A stretch of 64,000 nt of DNA from contig JAUXMY010000018.1 of the NCBI GenBank assembly GCA_030683005.1, forward strand, positions 5,090 through 69,089. The letters are read 5' to 3'. The notes beneath the pieces were generated by a model. The model was not told the DNA's origin. It saw only the letters and a program-made list of their open reading frames with translations, and made no database searches. The position numbers and the translations under genes are program-made. The number at the start of each line of letters is the position of its first letter. Within the stretch, counting starts at the first letter, position 1. This document shows, one piece after another, positions 29,030-38,997 of the stretch. This stretch comes from Caulobacter sp. (GTDB lineage Bacteria; Pseudomonadota; Alphaproteobacteria; Caulobacterales; Caulobacteraceae).

Positions 29030-30202
29030 TTGTTTTTCCTCTCGCAGACGCGTGCGAAAGCGCGCGCGCTGGTCAGCGTCGTATTGACCGGAACCGTCCT
29101 TGGCGCAGGCCTGGGCGGCATTCTGGGCGGCGCCTATCTGGCGGGCGGCTACGCTCAGGCGGCTTCAACGCACGCCCGTGTCTCGGAACTCGCGGTTGTC
29201 GCCTCCGGCGGCTACGCGGAACAGGATCTCCAGCGGGTCGTGGACCGGATGGACTCCTCGGCCCTGGCAATCGCCCGGCGCCATGATCCCTTCACCAGCG
29301 CCGGCGGCGCGCAGCGGGACCGCCAGGCGGCCCTGTTCGCCGCCCGGCTCGAGCGCCGCGACTCCGTCGCCGCCGGCCCGGGCCAGTCCAAGGCCCTGAT
29401 GCTCCGCACCAACTTCATCACCGGCTCCGGTTCGCCCGCCGCCCGTCCGTTCCGCCTTGATGGCGCGCTGGACGCCTCGCGCGACCTGGAGTGCCTGACC
29501 GAGGCCGTCTATTACGAGGCCCGCGGCGAGACCCCGGCCGGCCAGGCGGCCGTGGCCCAGGTGGTGCTCAACCGCGCGCGCCATCCGGCTTATCCCAAGA
29601 CCATCTGCGGCGTCGTCTACCAGCGCGCCTATGGCGGCGGGACCTGCCAGTTCAGCTTCGCCTGCGACGGCTCGATGCGGAAACGCCGCGACGCCGGCGC
29701 CTGGGCCCGCGCCGAGCGCGTGGCCACCAAGGCGCTGTCGGGCGGGGTGATGGCGCAGGTCGGCAACGCCACCCACTTCCACACCATCTATGTCTCGCCC
29801 GCCTGGGGTCCGCGCCTGGTCAAGGTCGGCCAGGTCGGCCTGCACGTCTTCTACCGCTTCGGCGGCCGCGGCGGCGCGCCGGACTCCTTCGACCGCGATC
29901 CGGAACGCTCCGGCCCGCAGGTCGGCGACCGGCCGCTGTTCGCCGGCGGCGTGCCTGGCGAGCCGATCCCCTACACCAGCCTCCGGCGGCCGGACGAGGT
30001 GGTGTTCATCGCCGCCACGGCGACCTCGGCGCCGGCCATCGAACTGGTCGACGGCGCGAGCGTCGGCATGGGCGGCCCGGCCCACAAGCCGGTCGAGCCG
30101 GCCTCCGCCCCGAAGGCCGCCGCGCCCAAGCCGGCCAAGGCCGCGAAGGTCGAGACCGAGGCCTCTATGAAGCCCCAACAGCCGAGCGCAGCTGCTTCCT
30201 GA
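29030..30202 (+). CDS. cell-wall hydrolase, SleB (Hydrolase_2) domain protein
   Basis: LECLTEAVYYEARGETPAGQAAVAQVVLNRARHPAYPKTICGVVYQ...CQFSFACDG...ATHFHTIYVSPAWGP, with a Pro/Ala-rich C-terminal tail. The TTG start is uncertain. Confidence 0.85.
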   Translation: MFFLSQTRAKARALVSVVLTGTVLGAGLGGILGGAYLAGGYAQAASTHARVSELAVVASGGYAEQDLQRVVDRMDSSALAIARRHDPFTSAGGAQRDRQAALFAARLERRDSVAAGPGQSKALMLRTNFITGSGSPAARPFRLDGALDASRDLECLTEAVYYEARGETPAGQAAVAQVVLNRARHPAYPKTICGVVYQRAYGGGTCQFSFACDGSMRKRRDAGAWARAERVATKALSGGVMAQVGNATHFHTIYVSPAWGPRLVKVGQVGLHVFYRFGGRGGAPDSFDRDPERSGPQVGDRPLFAGGVPGEPIPYTSLRRPDEVVFIAATATSAPAIELVDGASVGMGGPAHKPVEPASAPKAAAPKPAKAAKVETEASMKPQQPSAAAS

Positions 30203-30974
30203 CCGTCCCGGGCATGAAGCGGGCGACGAAGCGCAGACGCTTGCCCGCCTTGCCGACGATGTGGTGCAGCTGCGTCGTCGTCGGCCGGGCCGCCTGCCAG
30301 ATCACCTCCGAGGCCTCCTCGACGGTGTAGACCTCCGATCCGCCGGCCCGGATGCTGTCGGCGATCTTCTCGTTGGAGCCCTGTGACCCGGCCTGCAGGA
30401 TCGGGGTGTCGACGAACCAGGGCATGATGCAGCGTACGGCGATGCCGTGTCGCGACCACTCCGCGTCCAGCGCTTCGGACAGACCGCGCACCGCGAACTT
30501 GGTGGCGCAATAGATCGCCATCTTCGGCGCCCCGAACAGCCCGGCGCAGGAGGCGACGTTGATGAGGGTCGCGCCCGGCGTGGCCTTCAGCAGCGGCAGG
30601 CCGGCGCGGGACCCGTTCACCACGCCCTTGACGTTGATGTCGATCTGCCGGTCCGCCTCGTCGTCGGTCTGGTCCTCGAAGAAGCCGTAGTTGGCGATGC
30701 CGGCGTTGTTGAGCAGCACGTCCATCCGCCCGCCCGACGCCTTGCCGAACTCGCCCAGCGCATTGTCCCAGGCCTTGCGGTCGCGCACGTCCAGCGCATG
30801 GGTGCTGGCGTTGTCGGCGCCCAGCTCCGCCTGCGCGGCCTTCAGCCCGGCCGCGTCGATGTCCGACAGCCCGACGAACCAGCCCTCGCGCGCGAACCGC
30901 TTCGCCGCCGCCAGACCGATGCCGCTGGCCGCGCCGGTGATGAAGATCGCCTTGCGGCCGCTTGCCCCGTTCAT
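30165..30974 (-). CDS. SDR-family oxidoreductase
   Basis: IFITGAASGIGLAAA cofactor motif and YCATKFAVRG catalytic motif. Confidence 0.88.
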   Translation of the reverse strand: MNGASGRKAIFITGAASGIGLAAAKRFAREGWFVGLSDIDAAGLKAAQAELGADNASTHALDVRDRKAWDNALGEFGKASGGRMDVLLNNAGIANYGFFEDQTDDEADRQIDINVKGVVNGSRAGLPLLKATPGATLINVASCAGLFGAPKMAIYCATKFAVRGLSEALDAEWSRHGIAVRCIMPWFVDTPILQAGSQGSNEKIADSIRAGGSEVYTVEEASEVIWQAARPTTTQLHHIVGKAGKRLRFVARFMPGTVRKQLRSAVGAS

Positions 30975-31084
30975 TCCGTTCGTCCCTGTCTTTATTGTTC
31001 CAGCGAAGAGACGGCGGATCGCGCTTGCCGGTCAAGCGCGACGCAGCGTCATCTCCGACCGATTGCGCCAGGACCAGACCGCCG

Positions 31085-31639
31085 ATGACCGACAGCCGCC
31101 GCGACGCCCTCGCCCGCCAGCTTCTCGACATGCCCTATGAGGACCTGCCGCCGGTCAAGCGCAGCGTCATCGACATGATGGTCGACAAGGCCCCGACCGC
31201 CGTCGGCCGGCATGTGAGGGGCGAGGGGGCCAGCTTTGGCGACCGCCTGGCCGACCGGGTGGCGGCGGTCGGCGGCTCCTGGGGCTTCATCATCGCTTTC
31301 GGGGTGGTTCTGCTCGGCTGGATGGGCCTGAACCTGGCCCTCGTGACCCGGGCCTTCGATCCCTACCCGTTCATCTTCCTCAACCTGATGCTCTCGACGC
31401 TCGCCGCCATCCAGGCGCCGGTGATCATGATGAGCCAGAACCGCCAGGCGGCGAAGGACCGCGAGGGGGCCGAGCACGACTACCTGGTCAACCTGCGCGC
31501 CGAGCTGGAGATCATGCGCCTGCACGACAAGCTCGACGCCGTGCGCGACCAGCAGCTGATGGATCTGCTGCGCTCCAATACCGAGATCCTGGAGACCCTG
31601 CGCGGCCAGGTGGCGGCGCTGGGCGAGAAGGAGGGTTAG
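31085..31639 (+). CDS. DUF1003 membrane protein
   Basis: The start is set at MTDSRRDAL. FGDRLADRVAAVGGSWGFIIAFGVVLLGW and YPFIFLNLMLSTLAAIQAPVIMMSQNRQ are typical of DUF1003. Confidence 0.8.
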   Translation: MTDSRRDALARQLLDMPYEDLPPVKRSVIDMMVDKAPTAVGRHVRGEGASFGDRLADRVAAVGGSWGFIIAFGVVLLGWMGLNLALVTRAFDPYPFIFLNLMLSTLAAIQAPVIMMSQNRQAAKDREGAEHDYLVNLRAELEIMRLHDKLDAVRDQQLMDLLRSNTEILETLRGQVAALGEKEG

Positions 31640-31918
31640 CGCGTGTTAGCCCCCCCGCCCTCGGGCTAGAGGAAGACGCAGGCGCCGGTCAGGCGGCGCG
31701 GACCGGCCCCCGCCGACTACCGGCCGTATCGCCTGCCGGTCCGGATGCCGATGGGCTTCCTCAACGACCTCGACCACGACGTCGAGGTCGTCATCCGCAA
31801 GGGCCGCGAGGCGGTCGGGCGGACGTCGGCGCATCCGTTGAGGTGAGGGGGGAGATCGCGCGAGCCGCGGTGCTCACCCGGGAAGTGGCGAGTGTGTCCT
31901 CCTCGACAGCGCTGTTCC

Positions 31919-32836
31919 TCAGGCCGCCCGGCGCGTCAGGCCCGGAACCTCGGTCTCGAGATTGAAGGTCACCGGCAGGATGCGTTCGTTCGCCGTCTGC
32001 AGCTTCAGCGCCTTGGCCGCGCGGGCCAGCGCCACCTTGCCGAGGCCGACCGGGGTGAAGCCCGGCTGAACCGAGGGTCGGGCGCCCAGGCGTCGCCGCA
32101 GCAGGCCGTTGGCGTAGATCACATTGGCCCGCATCAGCGCCTCGGGGGTCATGAACTCCATCGAAAGCGAGACATTGAGCATCGGACCGTTCTCGATCCG
32201 GTGCGGGGCGTTCTGGGGCCAGGTCAGCATACGGCCCGGCGTCAGCTGGACCCGGGTTCCGCCGTCGTCCCAGGCGGGGTCGAAGGCGAACTGCTCGGCG
32301 GTCTCGCGCAGCACGATGGCTTCCAGGGCCTCGGCGCCGACAAAGGGCTCGGCCACCGGGTAGGCCCAGACGGTCTTCACGCCGCGGATCTGCCACAGCG
32401 ACACCATCGGCACGTCCAGATGGTAGAAGACCTGGGCGTTGGGCGAGCTGATGAGCACCCCGAGGTCGCGTTTGAGCGTGCGCAGGCGAGGCGCCATGGC
32501 CTCCTTCTCGGCGAACACCTCGCCGGCGAGGGCGGCGTACTCCGGCAGATGGTCGTTGACCGCCCGCAGGTTCAGCCAGATGCGACCCTCGCGGGCCATC
32601 TCCAGCAGCACCTTGCCCGGCAGGGCGCCGGCGGTCCCGCGCCGCCAGGTGCGCCACTCGGCCGGGTCGTGGCCCATGGTGAACACCCCCAGACGCTCGC
32701 GCGGGTAGCGGTCGAGCAGGTCGGCAAGGCCGTCATCGTCAAACAGCGGCCGGCTGTGCAGATCGTGCTCGAAGGTCAACACGTCACGTCCGAAGTTCCG
32801 CGCCTTTTCGGCGGTCCAGTCGCTGATCACGGTCAT
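31919..32836 (-). CDS. cupin/JmjC-like protein with a putative HxD...H metal triad
   Basis: The start is set at MTVISDWTAEKAR, giving an ATGA overlap with the GT2 stop. FYHLD is followed about 73 residues later by GRMLTWPQNAPHRIEN. The long upstream ORF extension is Arg/Pro/Gly-rich and discounted. Confidence 0.65.
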   Translation of the reverse strand: MTVISDWTAEKARNFGRDVLTFEHDLHSRPLFDDDGLADLLDRYPRERLGVFTMGHDPAEWRTWRRGTAGALPGKVLLEMAREGRIWLNLRAVNDHLPEYAALAGEVFAEKEAMAPRLRTLKRDLGVLISSPNAQVFYHLDVPMVSLWQIRGVKTVWAYPVAEPFVGAEALEAIVLRETAEQFAFDPAWDDGGTRVQLTPGRMLTWPQNAPHRIENGPMLNVSLSMEFMTPEALMRANVIYANGLLRRRLGARPSVQPGFTPVGLGKVALARAAKALKLQTANERILPVTFNLETEVPGLTRRAA

Positions 32837-33756
32837 AGGCTGCGTCCATAGAAATTGATCTTGAAGGGGCCGAACCAGAAGGTCTTGCCCAGGCCCCGGG
32901 CGGCCCGGTCGAGGGCGACGGCGCGATCCGGCGCGCCGACGGCCCACTTGAAGGCGGCCTGCAGGCCGTAGAGCGCCGCCTGCGCCAGGCCGATGACCAT
33001 CCAGCGGGCCACCCCCGGCCAGTCCGGCGGGGTGCGGGCGGCGCAGTGCGAGCTGGGCCCCTGGCCGTAGGCGAAGGCCCGGGCGAGGGTGTAGCGCAGG
33101 GTCAGCCGGGCCGGGACGGGATCCTCCCAGACCCAGGCCTCCGGCGCCCAGACGAACCGGGCGCCGGCCGCCTGCATGGTTCCGAACAGCAGGTCGTCCT
33201 CGCCGCCGATCCGGTTGCGGGCGGTGTCGAACGGCGTGACCGGGTCGGGCAGCGCCGCACGGCGCAGCAGGCTGTCGCCGCACCCGAAGTACCCGGGCGT
33301 CACACCCTCCTCGGTCGGCCCCTCGCGTGAGAAGAAGCGCTCCAGATAGGCGCGGTGAGCCTTGACGGCGGCCGGCGCGCGGGCGCGCACGGGGCCGAAG
33401 ACGACATCGCCGGCATGGCGCTGGCGCGCCGCCAGCAGCGCGGCAAGCCATCCCGCCGGCGCTTCCTGGTCGTCATCCAGGAAGGCAATGAACTCGCCCG
33501 CCGCGGCCGCGACGGCGGCGTTGCGCACATTGGCCACGCCTGCCTGGGGCACATGGATGTAGCGGACCGGGAACGGGGCCCCGGCCGCAACGGAGCCCAC
33601 GAAGTCCCGCGCCGAGGGCCGCTGGTCGTTGTCGGCGACGATCAGTTCGACGGCGCGCGGATCGAGGCCGGCCTGGGCGAGCGCCGAACGCACCGCGACC
33701 GCCAGACCGGCCGGTCGACGCTGGGTCGGGATGATGATGCTGGTCGTGACGCCCAT
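32833..33756 (-). CDS. family 2 glycosyltransferase
   Basis: TSIIIPTQRRP...ELIVADNDQ...FIAFLDDDQEAPAGWL (DxD). Confidence 0.85.
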   Translation of the reverse strand: MGVTTSIIIPTQRRPAGLAVAVRSALAQAGLDPRAVELIVADNDQRPSARDFVGSVAAGAPFPVRYIHVPQAGVANVRNAAVAAAAGEFIAFLDDDQEAPAGWLAALLAARQRHAGDVVFGPVRARAPAAVKAHRAYLERFFSREGPTEEGVTPGYFGCGDSLLRRAALPDPVTPFDTARNRIGGEDDLLFGTMQAAGARFVWAPEAWVWEDPVPARLTLRYTLARAFAYGQGPSSHCAARTPPDWPGVARWMVIGLAQAALYGLQAAFKWAVGAPDRAVALDRAARGLGKTFWFGPFKINFYGRSL

Positions 33757-33764
33757 GGCCTGGC

Positions 33765-34904
33765 CTAGTCGCCCGCCGCCGCCAGCCGCCTGCGCGGCTG
33801 GGCGGCCACCGCATCGACAAACCCCCGCACCCGGCCCGCTGTCGACAGTTCGGTCACCGCGATGGCGTCCAGCCTTCGGCGCAGGCTGGCCACCATGCCC
33901 TCGCCGCGCGCGCCGGCCATCGTCCAGACCCGCTCGCGGCCGCCCGCCAGCACGCCGCCGGGGGTGGCGGCGGTGGCGGTGCCTTCCTGGACCGTCTGGC
34001 CGGGGGAAGCGTAGTGGCGCTTGTAGTGATCGTGGCTGGGGCCCAGGTCGTAGGTCGTCAGGCCCAGCGCCGGCATCGCGGCAATGGCCTTCATCAGGAA
34101 GGTCTGGCCCGGCGAGTACTCGCCCAGCTCAGGATTGGTCGAGGCGACCCAGGGGTGGTACCAGCCGTCGGCCGCGATGCCGAAATGGCCGGCGGCGATG
34201 GTGTCTCCCGCCCACATGATCAGGGTCAGGCCGCGCAGCCCGCCGCGGGCGGCGGCGAGGCCGTCCAGCAACTGCCGGGTCCAGTCGGGCCGCAGGAAGT
34301 CGGCCACGCCGGTGCGGGTCAGCTGTTCGCGCTTCCAGGCCATGATCTGCGCATAGGCGGCGGGATCGTCGCTGGCCTCGATGCGCACCGGCCCGACCTC
34401 GCGGTCGAGCTTGCTCTCCAGGCGACGCCAGTTCTTGAAGCGCTTGGCGGACGCCGCGCGCAGGGCCTCGAGGTAGTCGGCGGGCGACTGGGTCAGGTTG
34501 ATTGCATAGCCGGTCGACTCCCCGGTCGAGAGGCCGGCAAAGGCGCCGTGCGGATCGACAAGGCCGGTGAAGCGATAGGCGCTGAGGCCGGCCAGGGTCA
34601 GGGCCTGGGCCCCGGTCAGCCCCGCCTCCGGGCCGGCGATCAGGCCGTGATAGTCCGACAGGGGCGCGCCGAGCGGCCGGGCCATACCGCCCGGGCGGCG
34701 ATGGTGGGGCAGGAAGCCCAGGATCCTGTCGCCGTCCCGATAGATCGCCACGCGGGCGTCGGGCCGGACCGCGCCGACCGCCAGGGCGAAGTCGGGCCCG
34801 AGCAGCGGGTTGCCGAACGCCGGGACCGAAGCGGCTATGGCCTTCCAGGCGGCAATTTCGGCGGCGGACAGCGCGGCGGGATGGATCGAGACGGCGTCAG
34901 GCAT
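33765..34904 (-). CDS. CelD/BcsL-like (FemAB-fold GNAT) acetyltransferase-family protein
   Basis: The start is set at MPDAVSIHPAAL. It contains YLEALRAASAKRFKNWRRLESKL and GEYSPGQTFLMKAI...YDLGPSHDHYKRHYA blocks, as in cellulose-biosynthesis CelD-type proteins. Confidence 0.7.
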   Translation of the reverse strand: MPDAVSIHPAALSAAEIAAWKAIAASVPAFGNPLLGPDFALAVGAVRPDARVAIYRDGDRILGFLPHHRRPGGMARPLGAPLSDYHGLIAGPEAGLTGAQALTLAGLSAYRFTGLVDPHGAFAGLSTGESTGYAINLTQSPADYLEALRAASAKRFKNWRRLESKLDREVGPVRIEASDDPAAYAQIMAWKREQLTRTGVADFLRPDWTRQLLDGLAAARGGLRGLTLIMWAGDTIAAGHFGIAADGWYHPWVASTNPELGEYSPGQTFLMKAIAAMPALGLTTYDLGPSHDHYKRHYASPGQTVQEGTATAATPGGVLAGGRERVWTMAGARGEGMVASLRRRLDAIAVTELSTAGRVRGFVDAVAAQPRRRLAAAGD

Positions 34905-35041
34905 CAGAACTGGCTCATTTCGGGTTATTCCCTTGTCCCACAAGGGGATTTCTCCCGCTGTCCAGCAATAACCAGGCCGGATTGACGCCCGGGTGTGTTC
35001 GGTCGGCGCCGTCGGTGAGCGTCCCTCGACGCGCGCCGACA

Positions 35042-35077
35042 ACGGAAAAGGGCCGCCGGCGTTTCCGCCGACGGCCC
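35042..35077 (-). terminator. intrinsic terminator after the thiolase gene
   Basis: The minus strand reads GGGCCGTCGGCG-GAAA-CGCCGGCGGCCC followed by TTTTCCGTT (one mismatch in a 12-bp stem), about 30 nt after the stop. Confidence 0.8.
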
Positions 35078-35107
35078 CCTTCAACTCAGGTCAGTTGATC
35101 GCCGAGC

Positions 35108-36346
35108 CTACATGCGCTCGATGATGATGGCCGGGGCCATGCCGCCGGCGGCGCACATGGTGATCAGGCCGTAGCGCTTGCCCTGGCGTTCCAGCTCATC
35201 GACCATGGTGCCGATCAGGATCGAGCCGGTGGCGCCGATCGGGTGGCCCAGCGCCATGGCGCCGCCGTTGACGTTGACCTTGCTGCGGTCGAGCTTCAGG
35301 TCGCGGATGAACTTCTCGGCCACCACGGCGAAGGCCTCGTTGATTTCCCACAGGTCGATGTCCTCAACCGTCAGGCCGGCCTTGGCCAGCACCTTGCGGG
35401 CCGCCGGGACCGGGGCGTTGAGCATCAGCGTCGGGCTGTCGCCCATGTTGGCCATGGCGACCACGCGGGCGCGCGGCGTCAGGCCGTTGGCCTTGGCGTA
35501 GGCCGGCGAGGTCAGCAGCAGGGCGCCCGAGCCGTCCACAACGCCCGAGCTGTTGCCGGCGTGGTGGAAGAACTTCAGGTCGAGGTCCGGATAGACCGCC
35601 GTGATCAGCTTGCGGAAGGTGGTGCCGTCCTTGTCGAGCGGCACGTCGGCCAAGGCCTCGAACGACGGCTTCAGGGCCGCGAGGCCTTCGGCGGTCGTCT
35701 GCGGACGGGGGAACTCCTCGTGGTCGAGGGCCAGGGTCCCGTCTTCCTTGTAGACCGGCACCAGGCTCTTGGCGAAGCGGTTCTCGGCGATGGCGACGGC
35801 GGCGCGTTGCTGGCTGACCAGGGCCAGGGCGTCGAGGGCCTCGCGGCTGATGCCTTCCATCGTGGCGATGGCGTCGGCGCAGATGCCCTGGTGCGACTGC
35901 GGGTGCCTGGCGCGCAGGCGCAGGTTGCCCTGGTCCATGGTCACCGGGCCGTCTTCCGGCGAGCGGCGGTTGGGCATCGACATCATTTCGCAGCCGCCGG
36001 CCACGACCATGTCGGACATGCCGGCCATGATGGTCGAGGCGGCGAAGTTCACCGTGGTGATGCCCGAGCCGCAGAAGCGGTCCAGGGTCACGCCGCTGGA
36101 GCGGATGTCATAGCCGGCGTCCAGCGCCGACATGCGGCCCAGGTCGCCCGCCGCCGGGCCGCGCTGGGAGCTGGTGCCCCAGATCACGTCGTCGACTTCG
36201 GCGGTGTTGATCTTGTTGCGCTCGGCCAGCGCCTTGAGCACCGTGGCGCCCAGCTGCTGCGGGTGGATGTCGTACAGGGCGCCCTTGCCGTACTTGCCCA
36301 CGCCGCGCGGGGTGCGGACGGCGTCGATGATCCAGGCTTCGCTCAT
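35108..36346 (-). CDS. acetyl-CoA C-acyltransferase (thiolase)
   Basis: 412 aa with LDRFCGSG (active Cys), [17 protein letters not shown] and MCAAGGMA. Confidence 0.93.
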   Translation of the reverse strand: MSEAWIIDAVRTPRGVGKYGKGALYDIHPQQLGATVLKALAERNKINTAEVDDVIWGTSSQRGPAAGDLGRMSALDAGYDIRSSGVTLDRFCGSGITTVNFAASTIMAGMSDMVVAGGCEMMSMPNRRSPEDGPVTMDQGNLRLRARHPQSHQGICADAIATMEGISREALDALALVSQQRAAVAIAENRFAKSLVPVYKEDGTLALDHEEFPRPQTTAEGLAALKPSFEALADVPLDKDGTTFRKLITAVYPDLDLKFFHHAGNSSGVVDGSGALLLTSPAYAKANGLTPRARVVAMANMGDSPTLMLNAPVPAARKVLAKAGLTVEDIDLWEINEAFAVVAEKFIRDLKLDRSKVNVNGGAMALGHPIGATGSILIGTMVDELERQGKRYGLITMCAAGGMAPAIIIERM

Positions 36347-36393
36347 GTCGGAGTTTCCTTGCGTCTTCTGCTTTGGCCGGTCGCTTGTAGCGG

Positions 36394-37176
<783 letters not shown>

Positions 37177-37245
37177 GGGTCTCTCCCTGAAGACCCCTTA
37201 CGCCCCTCGCGCTACGTCAGCCAAGTGCGGCGAATGGGCCGGGGA

Positions 37246-37716
37246 CTACAGCTTCAGCAGATAGACATGCTCGCCGTCGAGCACCGTCTCGCCCTTCTGG
37301 TTCACGACCCAGGCCCGCATGGTGACCACGCCGGTGGTGCGCTGGCGCTTCAGGTCGGTGATCTCCAGCGCCGGATAAAGGGTGTCGCCCGGGTAGGCGC
37401 TCTTGAGCACCCTGGCCCGCACCTCGATCATGCCCAGCAGGGCGTCGCCGATCTCGTGCGGGAACAGGCCGGCGCCGGCGGCGGTGAAGCACAGCACCTG
37501 CAGCCCGTGGGCCAGCGGGCCGGGATGACCCAGGGCCCGGCAGTATTCCACGTCGTAGTGGATCGGATGGTTGTCGAGGCTGACCGCCTGGAAGGCCGCG
37601 AAGTTGCCGTCGCCCAGGGTGCGGGACGGCAGCGGGTAGCGGTCGCCGACCTTCAGGTCGTCGAAGGTTTTGGCGGGGACCAGGCGGTGGGCGGCGTAGA
37701 TCTCGGGAAGGGGCAT
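37246..37716 (-). CDS. MaoC-family (R-specific enoyl-CoA) dehydratase
   Basis: The start is set at MPLPEIYAAH. It has hot-dog fold blocks SLDNHPIHYD and GDTLYPALEITD. The upstream ORF extension lies in the repeat at 37746-37777. Confidence 0.8.
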   Translation of the reverse strand: MPLPEIYAAHRLVPAKTFDDLKVGDRYPLPSRTLGDGNFAAFQAVSLDNHPIHYDVEYCRALGHPGPLAHGLQVLCFTAAGAGLFPHEIGDALLGMIEVRARVLKSAYPGDTLYPALEITDLKRQRTTGVVTMRAWVVNQKGETVLDGEHVYLLKL

Positions 37717-37745
37717 GGGGTGAGGATGGCGCAGCATTCCCGGTT

Positions 37746-37953
37746 CGTCATCCTCGCGCTTGTCGCGAGGACCCATGCCTGGTGACCGGGCGACCGATCT
37801 GCGTGCTTCGACACGCGCCTGCGGCGCTGCTCAGCATGACTATATTGGATAGCATTCTTACTCAGTCATCCTGAGCAGCCGCGCAGCGGCGTGTCGAAGG
37901 ACGCACGGCGAGGCGGTGTTCATGGGTCCTCGCGACAAGCGCGAGGATGACGG
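37746..37953. repeat. composite nested palindrome: family D unit (inverted) + family B copy 2 (37800-37906) + family D unit
   Basis: CGTCATCCTCGCGCTTGTCGCGAGGACCCATG ... TGCGTGCTTCGACACGC...GACGCA ... CATGGGTCCTCGCGACAAGCGCGAGGATGACGG. Confidence 0.9.
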
Positions 37954-37976
37954 AAAGTAGAGTGGTGGAGACCGGC

Positions 37977-38918
37977 TCACGCCGCCCTCGCCCCGCGCCT
38001 GAGCGCCTGCGGCGGCTGGCCGAACGCGCGGATGAAGGCGCGGCGCATGCGTTCGGCGTCGCCGAAGCCTGTCTCCAGCGCCACGTCCTCGACCTGCAGC
38101 GGCTGGGCGTCGAGCAGGGCGCGGGCGGCCTCGACGCGCAGGCGCTCGACGGCCTTGGCCGGGGTGGTCCCGCAGGCGGCGGCGAAGGCGCGGGCGAAAT
38201 TGCGTTCGCTCATGCCGGCGCGCCCGGCCAGCTGTTCGACGGTCAGGGGCTCGCGCAGGTTCTCGCGGACCCAGGCCAGCAGGCCGTCGAAGCGGGCGCC
38301 CGCGTCCAGCGCCAGCAGGGCCGAAAACTGCGACTGGCCGCCGGGCCGGCGGTGATAGACAACCAGCTCCTGGGCGGTCTTGCGGGCGATGTCCTCGCCC
38401 AGGTCCGCGGCGATCATCGCCAGGGCCAGGTCGATGCCGGCGGTGATGCCGGCGCTGGTCCAGACCTCGCCGTCGCGGACATGGATGCGGTCCGGCTCCA
38501 GCCGCACCTTGGGATAGCGCCGCGCGAAGTCGGCGGTGCGCCGCCAGTGGGTGGTGGCGCGGCGGCCGTCCAGCAGCCCGGCCTGGGCCAGGACATAGGC
38601 GCCCGAGCAGACGCTGCTGATCCTTCGCGCCGAGACCGCGCAGCCGCGGACGAAGCCCAGCGTCGCCTCGCAGATGGCCGGCGTCCGCGTGCCCTTGCCG
38701 CCGGAGATCATCAGGGTGTCCAGCCGCGGCGCGTCGGCGAAGGCCTCGGCGTACATCCGCGCGCCGCTGGAGCTGGCGACCAGGCCGCTCTCCCTCGCCA
38801 GTAAACGGATTTCATAGGCGCCGGGCACATAGCGCGCGGCGATCTCGAAGGCCGCGACAGGGCCGGCGACGTCGAGGATCTGGAAATCCGGGAAGATCAG
38901 AAGGCCGACGGTGCGCAT
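37977..38918 (-). CDS. GlxA-family regulator (DJ-1/PfpI-like domain + AraC HTH)
   Basis: The start is set at MRTVGLLIFPDFQILDVAGP. The C-terminal HTH reads LAGRAGMSERNFARAF. It is divergent from a DJ-1/PfpI gene. Confidence 0.88.
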   Translation of the reverse strand: MRTVGLLIFPDFQILDVAGPVAAFEIAARYVPGAYEIRLLARESGLVASSSGARMYAEAFADAPRLDTLMISGGKGTRTPAICEATLGFVRGCAVSARRISSVCSGAYVLAQAGLLDGRRATTHWRRTADFARRYPKVRLEPDRIHVRDGEVWTSAGITAGIDLALAMIAADLGEDIARKTAQELVVYHRRPGGQSQFSALLALDAGARFDGLLAWVRENLREPLTVEQLAGRAGMSERNFARAFAAACGTTPAKAVERLRVEAARALLDAQPLQVEDVALETGFGDAERMRRAFIRAFGQPPQALRRGARAA

Positions 38919-38997
38919 GGCGGAAAACGAGGGAACCTTGTCATTTGCGCCAGACCCTAGGCCTGCCATGCTGCGGCCGTCAACAGGAGGCCTCCCC

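Noticed and set aside
31752-31853. A 33-codon ORF (MPMGFLNDLDHDVEVVIRKGREAVGRTSAHPLR) and the hairpin GACCTCGAC-N6-GTCGAGGTC (31777-31800) downstream of the DUF1003 gene.
   Set aside because: The ORF is very short, has no SD and contains the hairpin itself. The hairpin lies about 140 nt after the stop and lacks a U tract, so neither a gene nor a terminator call is justified.
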